Below, piece by piece: positions 8,773-20,000 of a stretch of DNA of 31,209 nucleotides. Every line of letters starts with the position of its first letter. Position 1 is the stretch's first letter. This stretch comes from a virus. Lineage: Duplodnaviria; Heunggongvirae; Uroviricota; Caudoviricetes. The stretch covers positions 1 through 31,209 of the IMG/VR virus record IMGVR_UViG_3300029719_000311. One strand, written 5' to 3'. The notes under the pieces were generated by a model. That model was not told the DNA's origin, did not search any database, and saw only the letters and a program-made list of their open reading frames with translations. The position numbers and the translations under genes were made by a program.

Positions 8773-9425
8773 TGAGTAATAAATATTGCCAGGCGCTGGT
8801 GGAACTGCGGAACAAACCAGCCCATGAACTGAAGGAAGTGGGCGATCAGTGGCGCACGCCGGACAACATTTTCTGGGGAATTAACACCCTGTTTGGCCCG
8901 TTTGTTCTGGATCTGTTCACTGACGGTGATAACGCCAAATGTGCCGCGTATTACACGGCGGAAGACAACGCGCTGGCGCATTACTGGTCAGAACGTCTTG
9001 CGGAGCTTAAAGGTGCTGCCTTTGGTAATCCCCCGTACAGCCGCGCCAGTCAGCATGAGGGGCAATACATCACCGGCATGCGTTACATCATGAAACATGC
9101 CAGTGCCATGCGTGATAAGGGCGGGCGCTATGTTTTCCTGATCAAAGCTGCCACCAGCGAAGTGTGGTGGCCGGAAGATGCAGATCATATTGCTTTTATT
9201 CGCGGGCGTATTGGTTTTGAACTGCCTGTCTGGTTTATCCCGAAAGACGAGAAGCAGGTACCGACAGGAGCTTTTTTCGCTGGTGCTATTGCTGTTTTTG
9301 ACAAGACCTGGAAGGGACCGGCAATCAGCTACATCGGGCGCGATGAACTTGAGGCATGTGGTGAGGCGTTTCTGGCGCAGGTTCGCCAGCAGGCGGAAAA
9401 ACTGGTCAGGGAGATGGCGGCATGA
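8772..9425 (+). CDS. Phage DNA N6-adenine methyltransferase (Dam-like)
   Basis: Catalytic motif NPPY in ...AAFGNPPYS...; start at ATG overlapping upstream stop (TAATG), giving MSNKYCQALVELRNK... Confidence 0.8.
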   Translation: MSNKYCQALVELRNKPAHELKEVGDQWRTPDNIFWGINTLFGPFVLDLFTDGDNAKCAAYYTAEDNALAHYWSERLAELKGAAFGNPPYSRASQHEGQYITGMRYIMKHASAMRDKGGRYVFLIKAATSEVWWPEDADHIAFIRGRIGFELPVWFIPKDEKQVPTGAFFAGAIAVFDKTWKGPAISYIGRDELEACGEAFLAQVRQQAEKLVREMAA

Positions 9426-9748
9426 CGACGTTAACTCAATGCCAGCAGCAGGTGCTGGATATGCTGATTTCTTATCAGAAAGAACGTGGCTTCCCGCCAA
9501 CCAATCAGGAGGTGGCAACCATGCTGGGATACCGTTCGGTGAATGCAGCGGTGGAGCATCTTCGCGCACTGGAGAAAAAAGGCGTCATCACGATAAAGCG
9601 TGGCGTGGCCCGGGGGATAACGCTTCATACCGCGGTGAAGGACGACGACAGCGAGGCGGTCGGGATTATCCGCGCACTGCTTGCCGGTGAGGAAAACGCA
9701 AGGCTGCGTGCAACCCACTGGTTACATGAGAGGGACCTGAAAGTATGA
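9422..9748 (+). CDS. LexA N-terminal DNA-binding-domain-like protein lacking the peptidase domain (108 aa)
   Basis: LTQCQQQVLDMLISYQKERGFPPTNQEVATMLGYRSVNAAVEHLRALEKKGVITIKRGVARGITL closely parallels the LexA N-terminal winged HTH; no S24 Ser/Lys region. Confidence 0.7.
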   Translation: MTTLTQCQQQVLDMLISYQKERGFPPTNQEVATMLGYRSVNAAVEHLRALEKKGVITIKRGVARGITLHTAVKDDDSEAVGIIRALLAGEENARLRATHWLHERDLKV

Positions 9749-10134
9749 AGCTGATCCTGCCTTTTCCGCCCAGCGTGAACACGTACTGGCGACACCCCAA
9801 CAAAGGGGCGTTTGCTGGTAAGAGCCTGATAAGCGCGGCGGGGCGAAAATTCCAGAGCGCGGCGTGCGCAGCAATAGTTGAGCAGTTACGTCGTCTGCCG
9901 AAACCAACGTCGGCACCTGCTTCAGTGGAGATCGTGTTGTTTCCTCCGGATAACCGGATCCGCGATCTGGACAACTATAACAAGGCGCTGTTTGACGCCC
10001 TGACCCACGCGGGTGTGTGGGAGGACGACAGTCAGGTGAAAAGAATGCTGGTGGAGTGGGGACCGGTTATCCCGGAAGGGAAGGTCGAGATCACTATCAG
10101 TAAGTACGAGAAAACGGCGGGTGCAGCCGCCTGA
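9745..10134 (+). CDS. rusA: Holliday junction resolvase RusA
   Basis: LPFPPSVNTYWRH..., ...RDLDNYNKALFDALTHAGVWEDDSQV... match RusA conserved blocks; ATGA coupling. Confidence 0.85.
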   Translation: MKLILPFPPSVNTYWRHPNKGAFAGKSLISAAGRKFQSAACAAIVEQLRRLPKPTSAPASVEIVLFPPDNRIRDLDNYNKALFDALTHAGVWEDDSQVKRMLVEWGPVIPEGKVEITISKYEKTAGAAA

Positions 10135-10153
10135 TCAAGAGGAGAAACGAAGT

Positions 10154-10951
10154 ATGAATAATCTGATGGTCATTGATGGTATTGAAGTTCGTCGTGATGC
10201 TTATGGTCGTTACAGCCTGAACGATCTGCACAGGGCTGCTGGTTCTCTGGATAAGCATAAGCCCGCATTCTGGCTCCGCAATGAGCAAACTGAACGCTTA
10301 ATAAGCGAGTTGCAGATTTGCAACTCGGTCAATATAGCGCCAGTTAATGTCATTCGTGGTGGAAATAACCAGGGAACGTATGTCTGCAAGGAACTGGTGT
10401 ATGCCTATGCAATGTGGATTAGCCCGTCATTCCATCTGAAGGTGATCCGTACTTTTGACATGGTAACCAGCATACCGGAAAAATTATCCGGGCAGGCTGC
10501 TGACAAGATGCAGGCTGGTGTGATTCTGCTGGACTTTATGCGTCGGGAGTTAAATCTGTCTAACTCATCTGTGCTTGGGGCCTGTCAGAAACTCCAGGAG
10601 GCTGTTGGCTTACCGAATTTGGCACCGCGCTATGCCATTGATGCTCCTGCTGATGCACTCGATGGCTCAAGCCGCCCTACGCTATCATTGAGTGCACTGC
10701 TGAAGCAGTATGGTATCCGCCTTACGGCTAATCAGGCATATCACCAGATGGTGAAGCTGGGGATCGTCGAGCAGCGCGAACGATACAGCCGTACCACGAT
10801 TAACAACATCAAAAAATTCTGGTCGCTGACAGCGAAAGGCTGCATGTTCGGCAAGAACATCACCAGTCCCGCAAATCCGCGCGAGACGCAGCCGCATTTC
10901 TTCGAATCCCGATTCCCTGAGCTGTTAAAGCTGCTCGATATCGTTCATTGA
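10154..10951 (+). CDS. KilA-N domain protein (antirepressor/Bro-like), 265 aa
   Basis: Start at ATG after AAGAGGAGAA; N-terminus MNNLMVIDGIEVRRDAYGRYSLNDLHRAAG... typical of KilA-N domains. Confidence 0.6.
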   Translation: MNNLMVIDGIEVRRDAYGRYSLNDLHRAAGSLDKHKPAFWLRNEQTERLISELQICNSVNIAPVNVIRGGNNQGTYVCKELVYAYAMWISPSFHLKVIRTFDMVTSIPEKLSGQAADKMQAGVILLDFMRRELNLSNSSVLGACQKLQEAVGLPNLAPRYAIDAPADALDGSSRPTLSLSALLKQYGIRLTANQAYHQMVKLGIVEQRERYSRTTINNIKKFWSLTAKGCMFGKNITSPANPRETQPHFFESRFPELLKLLDIVH

Positions 10952-10952
10952 G

Positions 10953-12755
10953 GTGACCGTGAGAGCACTACTGACCCCTGAAATTGCCCCGCGTATGGGG
11001 ATCGTATTGTTCAGACCAGGTTCAGAGCTGATGCCCCTGTTTATGCAGGGGCGTGTCCTGCTGGAGCCTGAGCCGGAACGTTATTCATCTTTCGCCAGTG
11101 GTGCTGTTCCGGCGGCATCACAACCGCTGGCGGATGATCCTGCCGTTCGGGCCGTGTTCCGCAATGAGGCAGTGATCCGTCGTGCTGGTGGCGTGGAATG
11201 TCTTGAAAGCTGGTTACTTCGTGAAAAAGGCTGCCAGTGGCCTCATTCCGACTGGCACAGCGAGAACATGACCACAATGCGACACGCGCCGGGTGCAATC
11301 CGTCTGTGCTGGCACTGCGATAACCAGCTGCGCGATCAGTTCACGGAACGGCTGGAATCAATGGCAACGGATAACTGTGCCCGCTGGGTGTTGTCTGTTG
11401 TGCGTCGGGATCTCGGTTTTGATGACAGTCACGTTGTGACAATGCCGGAACTGTGCTGGTGGCTGGTTCGTAATGACCTGGCGGGAGCCTTGCCGGAAAG
11501 TGCAGCCCGTAAGGCACTGAGATTACCGAAGCCTGTTGTGCCGTCTGTCACCCGGGAAAGTGACCTTGTTCCTTCGGTTCCTGCCACCAGCATCATCCAG
11601 GATAAAGTGAAAAAGGTGCTGGCGCTGAAAGTGGATCCGGAGTCGCCGGAGTCTTTTATGTTACGCCCAAAACGTCGCCGCTGGGTTAACGAAAAGTATC
11701 TGGATTTTTTCAAAGGCGAGATAGGGAAAACCCATCTGGCTCAGGAGCTGTGGACGCAGATTGATAACGGTCAGCTTGCGCCTGACCTGGCTGAAATCAG
11801 GACATCCATTACGGATGTCAGCAATGAAATCACACAGACCGTCAATAAGAAACTGGAAGACCAGAGTGCAGCGATCCAGCAGATACAGAAGGTTCAGGTT
11901 GATACAAATAATAATCTGAACAGCATGTGGGCTGTGAAGCTGCAGCAGATGCAGGATGGACGCCTTTATATTGCGGGTATCGGTGCCGGTATTGAGAACA
12001 CCCCTGACGGCATGCAGAGTCAGGTGCTGCTGGCGGCGGACAGGATTGCGATGGTTAATCCTGCGAATGGCAACACAAAACCGATGTTTGTTGGTCAGGG
12101 CGATCAGATATTCATGAACGACGTGTTCCTGAAACGCCTGACGGCCCCCACCATTACCAGCGGTGGAAATCCACCGGCATTTTCCCTGACACCGGACGGA
12201 AAGCTGACCGCTAAAAATGCGGATATCAGTGGCAGTGTGAATGCGAACGCCGGGACGCTCAACAATGTCACGGTAAATGAAAACTGTACGATTAAGGGCA
12301 TGCTGGAGGCGACTCAGGTCAGAGGTGACTTCGTTAAAGCTGTATCCAAATCATTCCCGAAACAGGCTGGTACGTGGGGTAACACGGAAACACCAAACGG
12401 GACGGTTACAGTTACCATAAGCGATGATCATAACTTTGACCGTCAAATCATTATTCCGCCCATTATCTTTAACGGAATAGCGTATAGCGATCCGGGAAGT
12501 GGTAATAACCCGGGAGGTACAAGATACACGGGTTATGGTTTTGAAGTTCGCAAAAACGGTGTATTAATCGCATCCAGAGAAACTAAAGGGGCTATTCCCG
12601 GTAGCTACAGTGCGGTTATTGATATGCCGAGTGGCAGGGGAAGCGTCACTCTGGAGTTTAAGGTTTTCCATAAAGGCAATCAGTGGGCAGGTAATATCAC
12701 CGACTGTACGGTGATTGTGACCAAAAAAGCCGCTTCCGGCATCAGTATTCGTTGA
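10953..12755 (+). CDS. Chimeric ORF: N-terminal Cys/His-motif domain (DUF968-like early protein) fused to C-terminal tail-fibre J-like region
   Basis: GTG start adjacent to KilA-N stop; N-terminal about 280 aa contains CWHCDNQ; C-terminal about 300 aa is Gly/Thr/Asn-rich tail-fibre-like sequence; immediately followed by lom-stf-tfa as in the lambda J-lom-stf-tfa order. Confidence 0.55.
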   Translation: MTVRALLTPEIAPRMGIVLFRPGSELMPLFMQGRVLLEPEPERYSSFASGAVPAASQPLADDPAVRAVFRNEAVIRRAGGVECLESWLLREKGCQWPHSDWHSENMTTMRHAPGAIRLCWHCDNQLRDQFTERLESMATDNCARWVLSVVRRDLGFDDSHVVTMPELCWWLVRNDLAGALPESAARKALRLPKPVVPSVTRESDLVPSVPATSIIQDKVKKVLALKVDPESPESFMLRPKRRRWVNEKYLDFFKGEIGKTHLAQELWTQIDNGQLAPDLAEIRTSITDVSNEITQTVNKKLEDQSAAIQQIQKVQVDTNNNLNSMWAVKLQQMQDGRLYIAGIGAGIENTPDGMQSQVLLAADRIAMVNPANGNTKPMFVGQGDQIFMNDVFLKRLTAPTITSGGNPPAFSLTPDGKLTAKNADISGSVNANAGTLNNVTVNENCTIKGMLEATQVRGDFVKAVSKSFPKQAGTWGNTETPNGTVTVTISDDHNFDRQIIIPPIIFNGIAYSDPGSGNNPGGTRYTGYGFEVRKNGVLIASRETKGAIPGSYSAVIDMPSGRGSVTLEFKVFHKGNQWAGNITDCTVIVTKKAASGISIR

Positions 12756-12824
12756 AATTGTTATAACCCATATAAGGGCACCAGAAATGGTGCCTTTTTT
12801 ATTGCAGAAAAGCGAGAGGTAATT

Positions 12825-13424
12825 ATGCGTAAACTTTATGCCGCCATTTTGTCCGCAGCCATTTGTCTGGCCGTATCCGGTGCGCCTGCATGGGCATCTG
12901 AACATCAGTCCACGCTGAGCGCGGGGTATCTTCATGCCTTGACGAACGTTCCCGGCAGCGATGATCTTAACGGGATTAACGTGAAATACCGTTATGAGTT
13001 TACGGACACACTGGGGCTGGTGACGTCATTCAGCTATGCAGGAGACAAGAATCGCCAGCTTACCCGTTACAGCGATACCCGCTGGCATGAAGATTCAGTG
13101 CGTAACCGCTGGTTCAGCGTGATGGCGGGGCCGTCTGTGCGCGTGAATGAATGGTTCAGCGCGTATGCGATGGCGGGTATGGCTTACAGCCGTGTTTCGA
13201 CTTTCTCCGGGGATTATCTCCGCGTAACTGACAACAAGGGGAAAACGCACGACGTGCTGACCGGAAGTGATGACGGTCGCCACAGCAACACGTCTCTGGC
13301 GTGGGGGGCTGGCGTGCAGTTTAACCCGACCGAATCCGTGGCCATTGATATTGCTTATGAAGGCTCCGGCAGCGGTGACTGGCGTACCAACAGTTTCATC
13401 GTGGGTGTCGGTTATAAATTCTGA
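12825..13424 (+). CDS. lom: Lom/Ail family outer-membrane beta-barrel protein
   Basis: Signal peptide [24 protein letters not shown], alternating beta-strand pattern, C-terminal ...VGVGYKF; position between J and stf. Confidence 0.85.
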   Translation: MRKLYAAILSAAICLAVSGAPAWASEHQSTLSAGYLHALTNVPGSDDLNGINVKYRYEFTDTLGLVTSFSYAGDKNRQLTRYSDTRWHEDSVRNRWFSVMAGPSVRVNEWFSAYAMAGMAYSRVSTFSGDYLRVTDNKGKTHDVLTGSDDGRHSNTSLAWGAGVQFNPTESVAIDIAYEGSGSGDWRTNSFIVGVGYKF

Positions 13425-13488
13425 TTAGCCAGGTAACACAGTGTTATGACAGCCCGCCGGTTCAGGCGGGCTTTTTTGTGGGGGGAAT

Positions 13489-15903
13489 ATGGCAGTAAAG
13501 ATTTCAGGTGTACTGAAAGACGGCACAGGAAAACCGGTACAGAACTGCACAATCCAGCTGAAAGCAAAACGTAACAGCACCGCGGTGGTGGTGAACACGC
13601 TGGCCTCAGAAAATCCGGATGAAGCCGGGCGTTACAGCATGGACGTTGAGTACGGTCAGTACAGCGTTATTCTGTTGGTGGAAGGGTTCCCGCCGTCACA
13701 TGCCGGGACCATCACCGTGTATGAAGATTCCCGACCCGGTACGCTGAATGATTTTCTCGGTGCCATGACGGAGGATGATGCCCGTCCGGAGGCTCTGCGC
13801 CGTTTTGAACTGATGGTGGAAGAGGTGGCGCGTAACGCGTCCGCGGTGGCACAGAACACGGCAGCCGCGAAGAAGTCAGCCGGCGATGCCGGCACATCTG
13901 CCCGTGAGGCGGCAACGAACGCGAAAGCGTCGGAAACCAGCGCAGAATCCTCAAAAACGGCTGCCGCATCGTCAGCCAGTTCGGCGGCGTCATCGGCATC
14001 ATCGGCGTCTGCTTCAAAAGATGAGGCGACCAGACAAGCGTCAGCAGCGAAGAGCAGCGCCACGACGGCATCCACGAAGGCGACAGAGGCTGCTGGCAGT
14101 GCGACGGCGGCAGCTCAGAGCAAAAGTACGGCAGAATCCGCAGCAACGCGCGCCGAGACAGCAGCAAAACGGGCAGAGGATATTGCATCCGCCGTGGCGC
14201 TTGAGGATGCGAGCACGACGAAAAAGGGGATAGTACAGCTCAGTAGTGCGACTAACAGCACTTCCGAGTCACTGGCGGCAACACCAAAAGCCGTTAAGGC
14301 CGCGTATGACCTGGCTAACGGGAAATACACCGCACAGGATGCAACGACAGCACAGAAAGGGATAATCCAGCTAAGCAGCGCGACCAACAGCACGTCTGAA
14401 ACGCTTGCCGCGACACCAAAGGCAGTAAAAGCAGCCAATGACAATGCTGAGAAACGTCTGCAGAAAGATCAGAACGGTGCGGATATCCCTGGCAAAGATA
14501 CCTTTACGAAAAATATTGGTGCCTGCCGTGCCTTCGGTGGGTCAGTAAGCACAACAACAGGAAACTGGACGACTGCACAGTTTATCGAGTGGCTGGATTC
14601 TCAGGGAGCATTTAACCATCCATACTGGATGTGCAAGGGTTCCTGGTCTTATGGCAATAATAAAATCATTACTGATACTGACTGCGGTAATATTCATCTC
14701 GCCGGAGCTGTCATTGAAGTAATGGGGATAAAGTCAGCGATGACGATCCGCATTACCACACCGACCACCTCCACTGGTGGTGGAACAACTAACGCCCAGT
14801 TTACCTATATCAATCACGGAACAGATTATTCACCTGGCTGGCGAAGGGACTATAACTCCAGAAATAAGCCAACGGCATCAGAGATCGGGGCGTTACCGTC
14901 AGGTGGAACAGCAGTATCATCAGTTAATCTGGCTTCAAAAGGTCGGGTAACCGCGCTGACAGACAATACGCAGGGGGCAGCAGGTCTTGAGTTATACGAG
15001 GTGTATAACAACGGATATCCAACAGCGTATGGAAATATCATTCACCTGAAAGGGATGACAGCCGTTGGCGAAGGTGAGTTACTCATCGGCTGGAGTGGTA
15101 CAAGCGGTGCTCATGCTCCGGCATTTATTCGTTCACGACGGGATACGACCGACGCAAACTGGTCGCCGTGGGCGCAGCTTTACACCTCGGCTCATCCTCC
15201 TGCAGAGTTTTATCCAGTCGGTGCACCAATCCCGTGGCCATCAGATACCGTTCCGTCTGGTTATGCCCTGATGCAGGGGCAGACTTTTGACAAATCTGCA
15301 TACCCGAAACTTGCAGTTGCTTATCCGTCAGGCGTGATCCCTGATATGCGTGGCTGGACGATTAAGGGCAAGCCCGCCAGTGGTCGGGCCGTATTATCTC
15401 AGGAACAGGACGGCATTAAATCGCACACCCACAGCGCCAGCGCATCCAGTACGGATTTGGGGACGAAAACCACATCGTCGTTTGATTACGGAACCAAATC
15501 CACGAATAACACCGGGGCGCATACCCATAGTATTAGCGGGACCGCAAATAGTGCCGGTGCGCACCAACACAAGAGTTCCGGTGCATTTGGTGGCACGAAC
15601 ACGAGCATTTTCCCTAATGGTTATACCGCGATTTCAAATCTAAGCGCGGGGATTATGAGCACAACAAGCGGTAGTGGCCAGACTCGTAATGCAGGGAAGA
15701 CATCATCAGATGGTGCTCATACCCACTCGCTGTCCGGCACTGCTGCAAGCGCAGGCGCACATGCACATACTGTCGGTATTGGTGCTCATACGCACTCCGT
15801 TGCGATTGGTTCACATGGACACACCATCACCGTTAACGCTGCTGGTAACGCGGAAAACACCGTCAAAAACATCGCATTTAACTATATTGTGAGGCTTGCA
15901 TAA
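13489..15903 (+). CDS. stf: Side tail fibre protein Stf
   Basis: N-terminal [30 protein letters not shown]...; Ala/Ser-rich coiled region; duplicated KGI(V/I)[11 protein letters not shown](S/T)[11 protein letters not shown] segments; C-terminal His-rich GAHTHS/GAHAH repeats. Confidence 0.85.
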   Translation: MAVKISGVLKDGTGKPVQNCTIQLKAKRNSTAVVVNTLASENPDEAGRYSMDVEYGQYSVILLVEGFPPSHAGTITVYEDSRPGTLNDFLGAMTEDDARPEALRRFELMVEEVARNASAVAQNTAAAKKSAGDAGTSAREAATNAKASETSAESSKTAAASSASSAASSASSASASKDEATRQASAAKSSATTASTKATEAAGSATAAAQSKSTAESAATRAETAAKRAEDIASAVALEDASTTKKGIVQLSSATNSTSESLAATPKAVKAAYDLANGKYTAQDATTAQKGIIQLSSATNSTSETLAATPKAVKAANDNAEKRLQKDQNGADIPGKDTFTKNIGACRAFGGSVSTTTGNWTTAQFIEWLDSQGAFNHPYWMCKGSWSYGNNKIITDTDCGNIHLAGAVIEVMGIKSAMTIRITTPTTSTGGGTTNAQFTYINHGTDYSPGWRRDYNSRNKPTASEIGALPSGGTAVSSVNLASKGRVTALTDNTQGAAGLELYEVYNNGYPTAYGNIIHLKGMTAVGEGELLIGWSGTSGAHAPAFIRSRRDTTDANWSPWAQLYTSAHPPAEFYPVGAPIPWPSDTVPSGYALMQGQTFDKSAYPKLAVAYPSGVIPDMRGWTIKGKPASGRAVLSQEQDGIKSHTHSASASSTDLGTKTTSSFDYGTKSTNNTGAHTHSISGTANSAGAHQHKSSGAFGGTNTSIFPNGYTAISNLSAGIMSTTSGSGQTRNAGKTSSDGAHTHSLSGTAASAGAHAHTVGIGAHTHSVAIGSHGHTITVNAAGNAENTVKNIAFNYIVRLA

Positions 15904-16487
15904 TGGTATTCAGAATGAGTGAACAACCACGGACCATAACAATTTATAATCTGCTGGCCGGAACTAATGAATTTATTGGTGAAGGTGATGCATATATTCC
16001 GCCTCATACAGGTCTGCCAGCAAACAGTACCGATATTGCACCGCCAGATATTCCGGCAGGCTTCGTGGCTGTTTTCAACAGTGATGAGGCATCGTGGCAT
16101 CTCGTTGAAGATCATCGGGGTAAAACGGTTTATGACGTGGCTTCCGGCGACGCGTTATTTATTTCTGAACTCGGTCCGTTACCGGAAAATGTTACCTGGT
16201 TATCGCCGGGAGGGGAATATCAGAAGTGGAACGGCACAGCCTGGGTGAAGGATACGGAAGCAGAAAAACTGTTCCGGATCCGGGAGGCGGAAGAAACAAA
16301 AAACAGCCTGATGCAGGTAGCCAGTGAGCATATAGCGCCGCTTCAGGATGCTGTAGATCTGGAGATCGCAACGGAGGAAGAAAACTCGTTGCTGGAAGCC
16401 TGGAAAAAGTATCGGGTGTTGCTGAACCGTGTTGATACATCAACTGCACCGGATATTGAGTGGCCTGCTGTCCCTGTTATGGAGTAA
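15903..16487 (+). CDS. tfa: Tail fibre assembly protein Tfa
   Basis: TAATG overlap with stf; ...[68 protein letters not shown]... typical Tfa N-terminal region. Confidence 0.8.
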   Translation: MVFRMSEQPRTITIYNLLAGTNEFIGEGDAYIPPHTGLPANSTDIAPPDIPAGFVAVFNSDEASWHLVEDHRGKTVYDVASGDALFISELGPLPENVTWLSPGGEYQKWNGTAWVKDTEAEKLFRIREAEETKNSLMQVASEHIAPLQDAVDLEIATEEENSLLEAWKKYRVLLNRVDTSTAPDIEWPAVPVME

Positions 16488-16973
16488 TCGTTTTGTGATA
16501 TGCCGCAGACACGTCGTATGCAGAAACGTGCTGCGGCTGGCTGGTGAACTTTCAATAGTGCGAGTATTGAATGATTTCCAGCTGTTATCGATTTTATGTG
16601 TTTTTTGCATGAGGGGATTTCCACCACCTCCCACCGACCATCTAAGACTTTATGCCACTGTCCCTAGGACTGCTATGTACTAGGAGCGGATGTTAAACTC
16701 AGACTCGTTTCAGCTACATTGCGTTTTGAATAATATTCCATCATAATAACTCTTTGAAAAATGTGATCTTTTCATTTATAACACTGATGACTTGCTTATC
16801 TCATTGGGATATCGGAGGAGAATACTTAACTATGACAAGCCCGATTATTATGACACTGGCTATATTATATAGATTGATATTAAAATGTAGGATTAGGTTC
16901 TTGCCAAGGTGTCAAGATTTACAGATAGGTTTAAAACCATATAAATATGTTTTACGGTGAGATACAATACATA

Positions 16974-17000
16974 TTGTAAGGCATAAACGCTTGGTAAAAT
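16974..17000 (+). promoter_or_regulatory. Candidate sigma70 promoter with extended -10 upstream of the large NTPase gene
   Basis: TTGTAA (16974..16979), 15-nt spacer, TGgTAAAAT (16992..17000); 25 bp upstream of the ATG at 17025. Confidence 0.3.
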
Positions 17001-17024
17001 TTTAATTATTGGAAGAAGCTAATC

Positions 17025-20000
17025 ATGGAACCCATATCAATTACAGTGGCAACTTATGTAGCAACTAAACTTATTGATCAATTCATCTCTCAAGAAGGAT
17101 ATGGTTGTATTAAGAAAGCATTATTCCCCCAAAAAAGATATGTGGATAGATTATATCAACTAATTGAAGAGACGGCAATTGAGTTTGAAGAAACATATCC
17201 AGTAGAAAGTGGAGCAATACCATTTTATCATTCCGAACCATTGTTTGAGATGTTGAATGAGCACATCTTTTTTAAAGAGTTCCCTGACAAAGAGATATTA
17301 TTAGACAAGTTCAAAGAATATCCAAGTATCACTCCCCCAACTCAACAACAACTCAGCCTTTTTTATGAGATGTTATCATTAAAAATCAATAATTGTTCGA
17401 AGTTAAAAAAGCTACATATCGAAGAAACGTATAAAGAAAAAATATTCGATATTAATGAAGAGCTCATTCAAGTCAAACTTATTTTACGGTCTATAGATGA
17501 GAAACTAACTTTTCACTTAAGTGATGATTGGTTAAATGAAAAAAATAGTCAAGCAATAGCTGACTTGGGAGGTCGATACACACCCGAACTCAACGTAAAG
17601 CTAGAAATAGCAGAGATATTTGATGGCCTCGGTAGAACTAATGATTTTTCTAAAATATTTTATTCGCATATAGATAGCTTTCTGGTCGCTGGAAAGAAAT
17701 TACATAGTTGCGATGTAATTTCCTCAGAATTATTTGAAATAAACCAGTCCTTAAAAGAAATTTCTGATATATATCAGGAGATTAATTTTTCTAAATTAGA
17801 TGAAATCCCTATAAATAAATTTAATAACTATGTTTCTAGCTGCCAGACAGCTATTGGCGGAGCGGTATCAATATTGTGGGAACTCCGAGAAAAGTCAGAG
17901 CAAGTAGGTGAAACCAAGCATTACAGTGATAAGTATTCATCTACTCTGCGAATGCTTCGGGAATTTGACTATGCGTGCAATGAATTACGTATATTCATTA
18001 ATTCAACAACAGTGAAGTTGGCTAACAACCCATTCTTACTTCTCGAAGGAAAAGCAGGAATTGGTAAGTCTCATTTACTGGCTGATGTGATTAAAAATCG
18101 AATTGCTTCTGGGTATCCTTCACTACTCATACTAGGGCAACAACTTACTTCAGATGAATCTCCATGGTCACAAATCTTCAAGAGATTACAGCTTAAAATC
18201 ACTTCTCGTGAATTCCTAGAAAAACTGAATTTATATGGCAAAAAAACAGGAAAAAGAGTCTTAGTTTTTATTGATGCTATTAATGAAGGTAATGGAAATA
18301 AATTCTGGAATGACAATATTAACAGTTTTGTCGATGAAATCAGATGCTTTGAATGGCTTGGTCTGATAATGTCAGTCAGAACAACATATAGAAATGTAAC
18401 AATTTCACATGAGAATGTTGTGCGAAATAATTTTGAAATTCATGAACATATTGGATTCCAGAACGTTGAGTTGGAAGCGGTTAGTCTATTTTATGATTAT
18501 TACAATATTGAGAGGCCTTCATCTCCTAACCTTAATCCAGAGTTTAAAAATCCTCTATTTCTTAAGTTATTGTGTGAAGGCATTAAGAAAAATGGTTTAA
18601 CCAAAGTGCCTGTTGGATTTAATGGGATTTCAAATATTTTTAACTTTTTAGTTGAAGGGGTAAATAAATCATTAGCATCGCCAAGAAAATATGCATTCGA
18701 TCCCAGTTTTCCTCTTGTTAAAGATGCTCTCAATGAAATCATAAAATTCAAATTAGAGATTGGTCGTAATAGTATTTCACTTAAAGATGCTCACTCAGTG
18801 GTTCAATCTGTAGTTAATGATTATGTTGCTGATAAAACCTTCCTCAGCGCCTTGATTGACGAAGGATTATTGACTAAAGGCATAGTGAGAAATGATGATA
18901 ATTCTACTGAGGAAGTAGTTTATGTGGCTTTTGAAAGGTTTGATGATCATTTAACTGTTAATTTTTTATTAAATGATGTTGAAAATATCGAAAGTGAATT
19001 TAAGCCTGATGGTCGTCTGAAAAAATATTTTCATGATGAATGTGATTTTTATATAAAATCGGGAATAGTAGAGGCGTTGTCTATTCAATTGCCAGAAAGG
19101 TATGAAAAAGAGCTTTATGAATTTCTGCCGGAGTTCAGCAATAATCTTAAATTACTAGAAGCCTTTATTGATAGCTTGATATGGCGCGATATTAAGGCTA
19201 TTGATTTCGAAAAAATTAGACCTTTCATCAATGAACATGTTTTTAAATTTAAAGATAGTTTTGATCATTTCCTCGAGGCAGTGATCTCTATTTCAGGTTT
19301 AGTTGGCCATCCCTTTAATGCTAATTTCTTGCATGATTGGCTAAAAGATTATTCTTTGGCAAATCGAGATTCGTTTTGGACTACAGAACTTAAATATAAA
19401 TATAGTGAAGACTCAGCATTTAGGCATCTAATCGATTGGGCATGGGCCAGAACAGATAAAAGCTTTGTTTCGGATGAGTCAATCGAGCTAGTTGCAACTA
19501 GTTTATGCTGGTTTTTAACTTCTAGTAACCGAGAACTTCGAGATTGCTCAACTAAGGCTTTAGTGAGTTTACTCGAGCCAAGAATTCCTGTATTGAGAAA
19601 AATAATTGATAAGTTTTATGGTGTAAATGATCCTTACGTTTGGGAAAGAATATTTGCAGTTGCATTAGGCTGTACATTGCGAACTGATAATATTAAAGAA
19701 CTAAAATATTTAGCCGAAACTGTTTACCAAAAGGTATTTTGTTCTAAGTATGTGTATCCAAATATATTACTTAGAGATTATGCTAGAGAGATTATTGAAT
19801 TTGCTAATCATCTTGGATTGGAACTTGAAAGCATTGAATTATCCAAGACTAGACCACCCTACAACAGCATTTGGCCTGACAAGATTCCTTCAAAAGAGGA
19901 ACTAGAGTCCCTTTATGATAAAGAACCTTATCGGGAACTCTGGAGCTCTATTATGGAAGATGGTGACTTTTCACGATATACTATTGGAACAAATTATAAT

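Noticed and set aside
13656-14444. Minus- and alternate-frame ORFs (109-158 aa) within the stf Ala/Ser-rich repeat region
   Set aside because: Artefacts of the GC-rich repetitive coding sequence of stf; the Stf frame is continuous and well supported
16754-16960. 68-aa TTG-start hydrophobic ORF upstream of the NTPase gene
   Set aside because: Weak start context and AT-rich intergenic location; kept only as a possible leader or partner in the NTPase finding
18071-18751. Small ORFs (63-83 aa) on both strands inside the NTPase gene
   Set aside because: Nested within a long continuous ORF; AT-rich sequence produces chance ORFs
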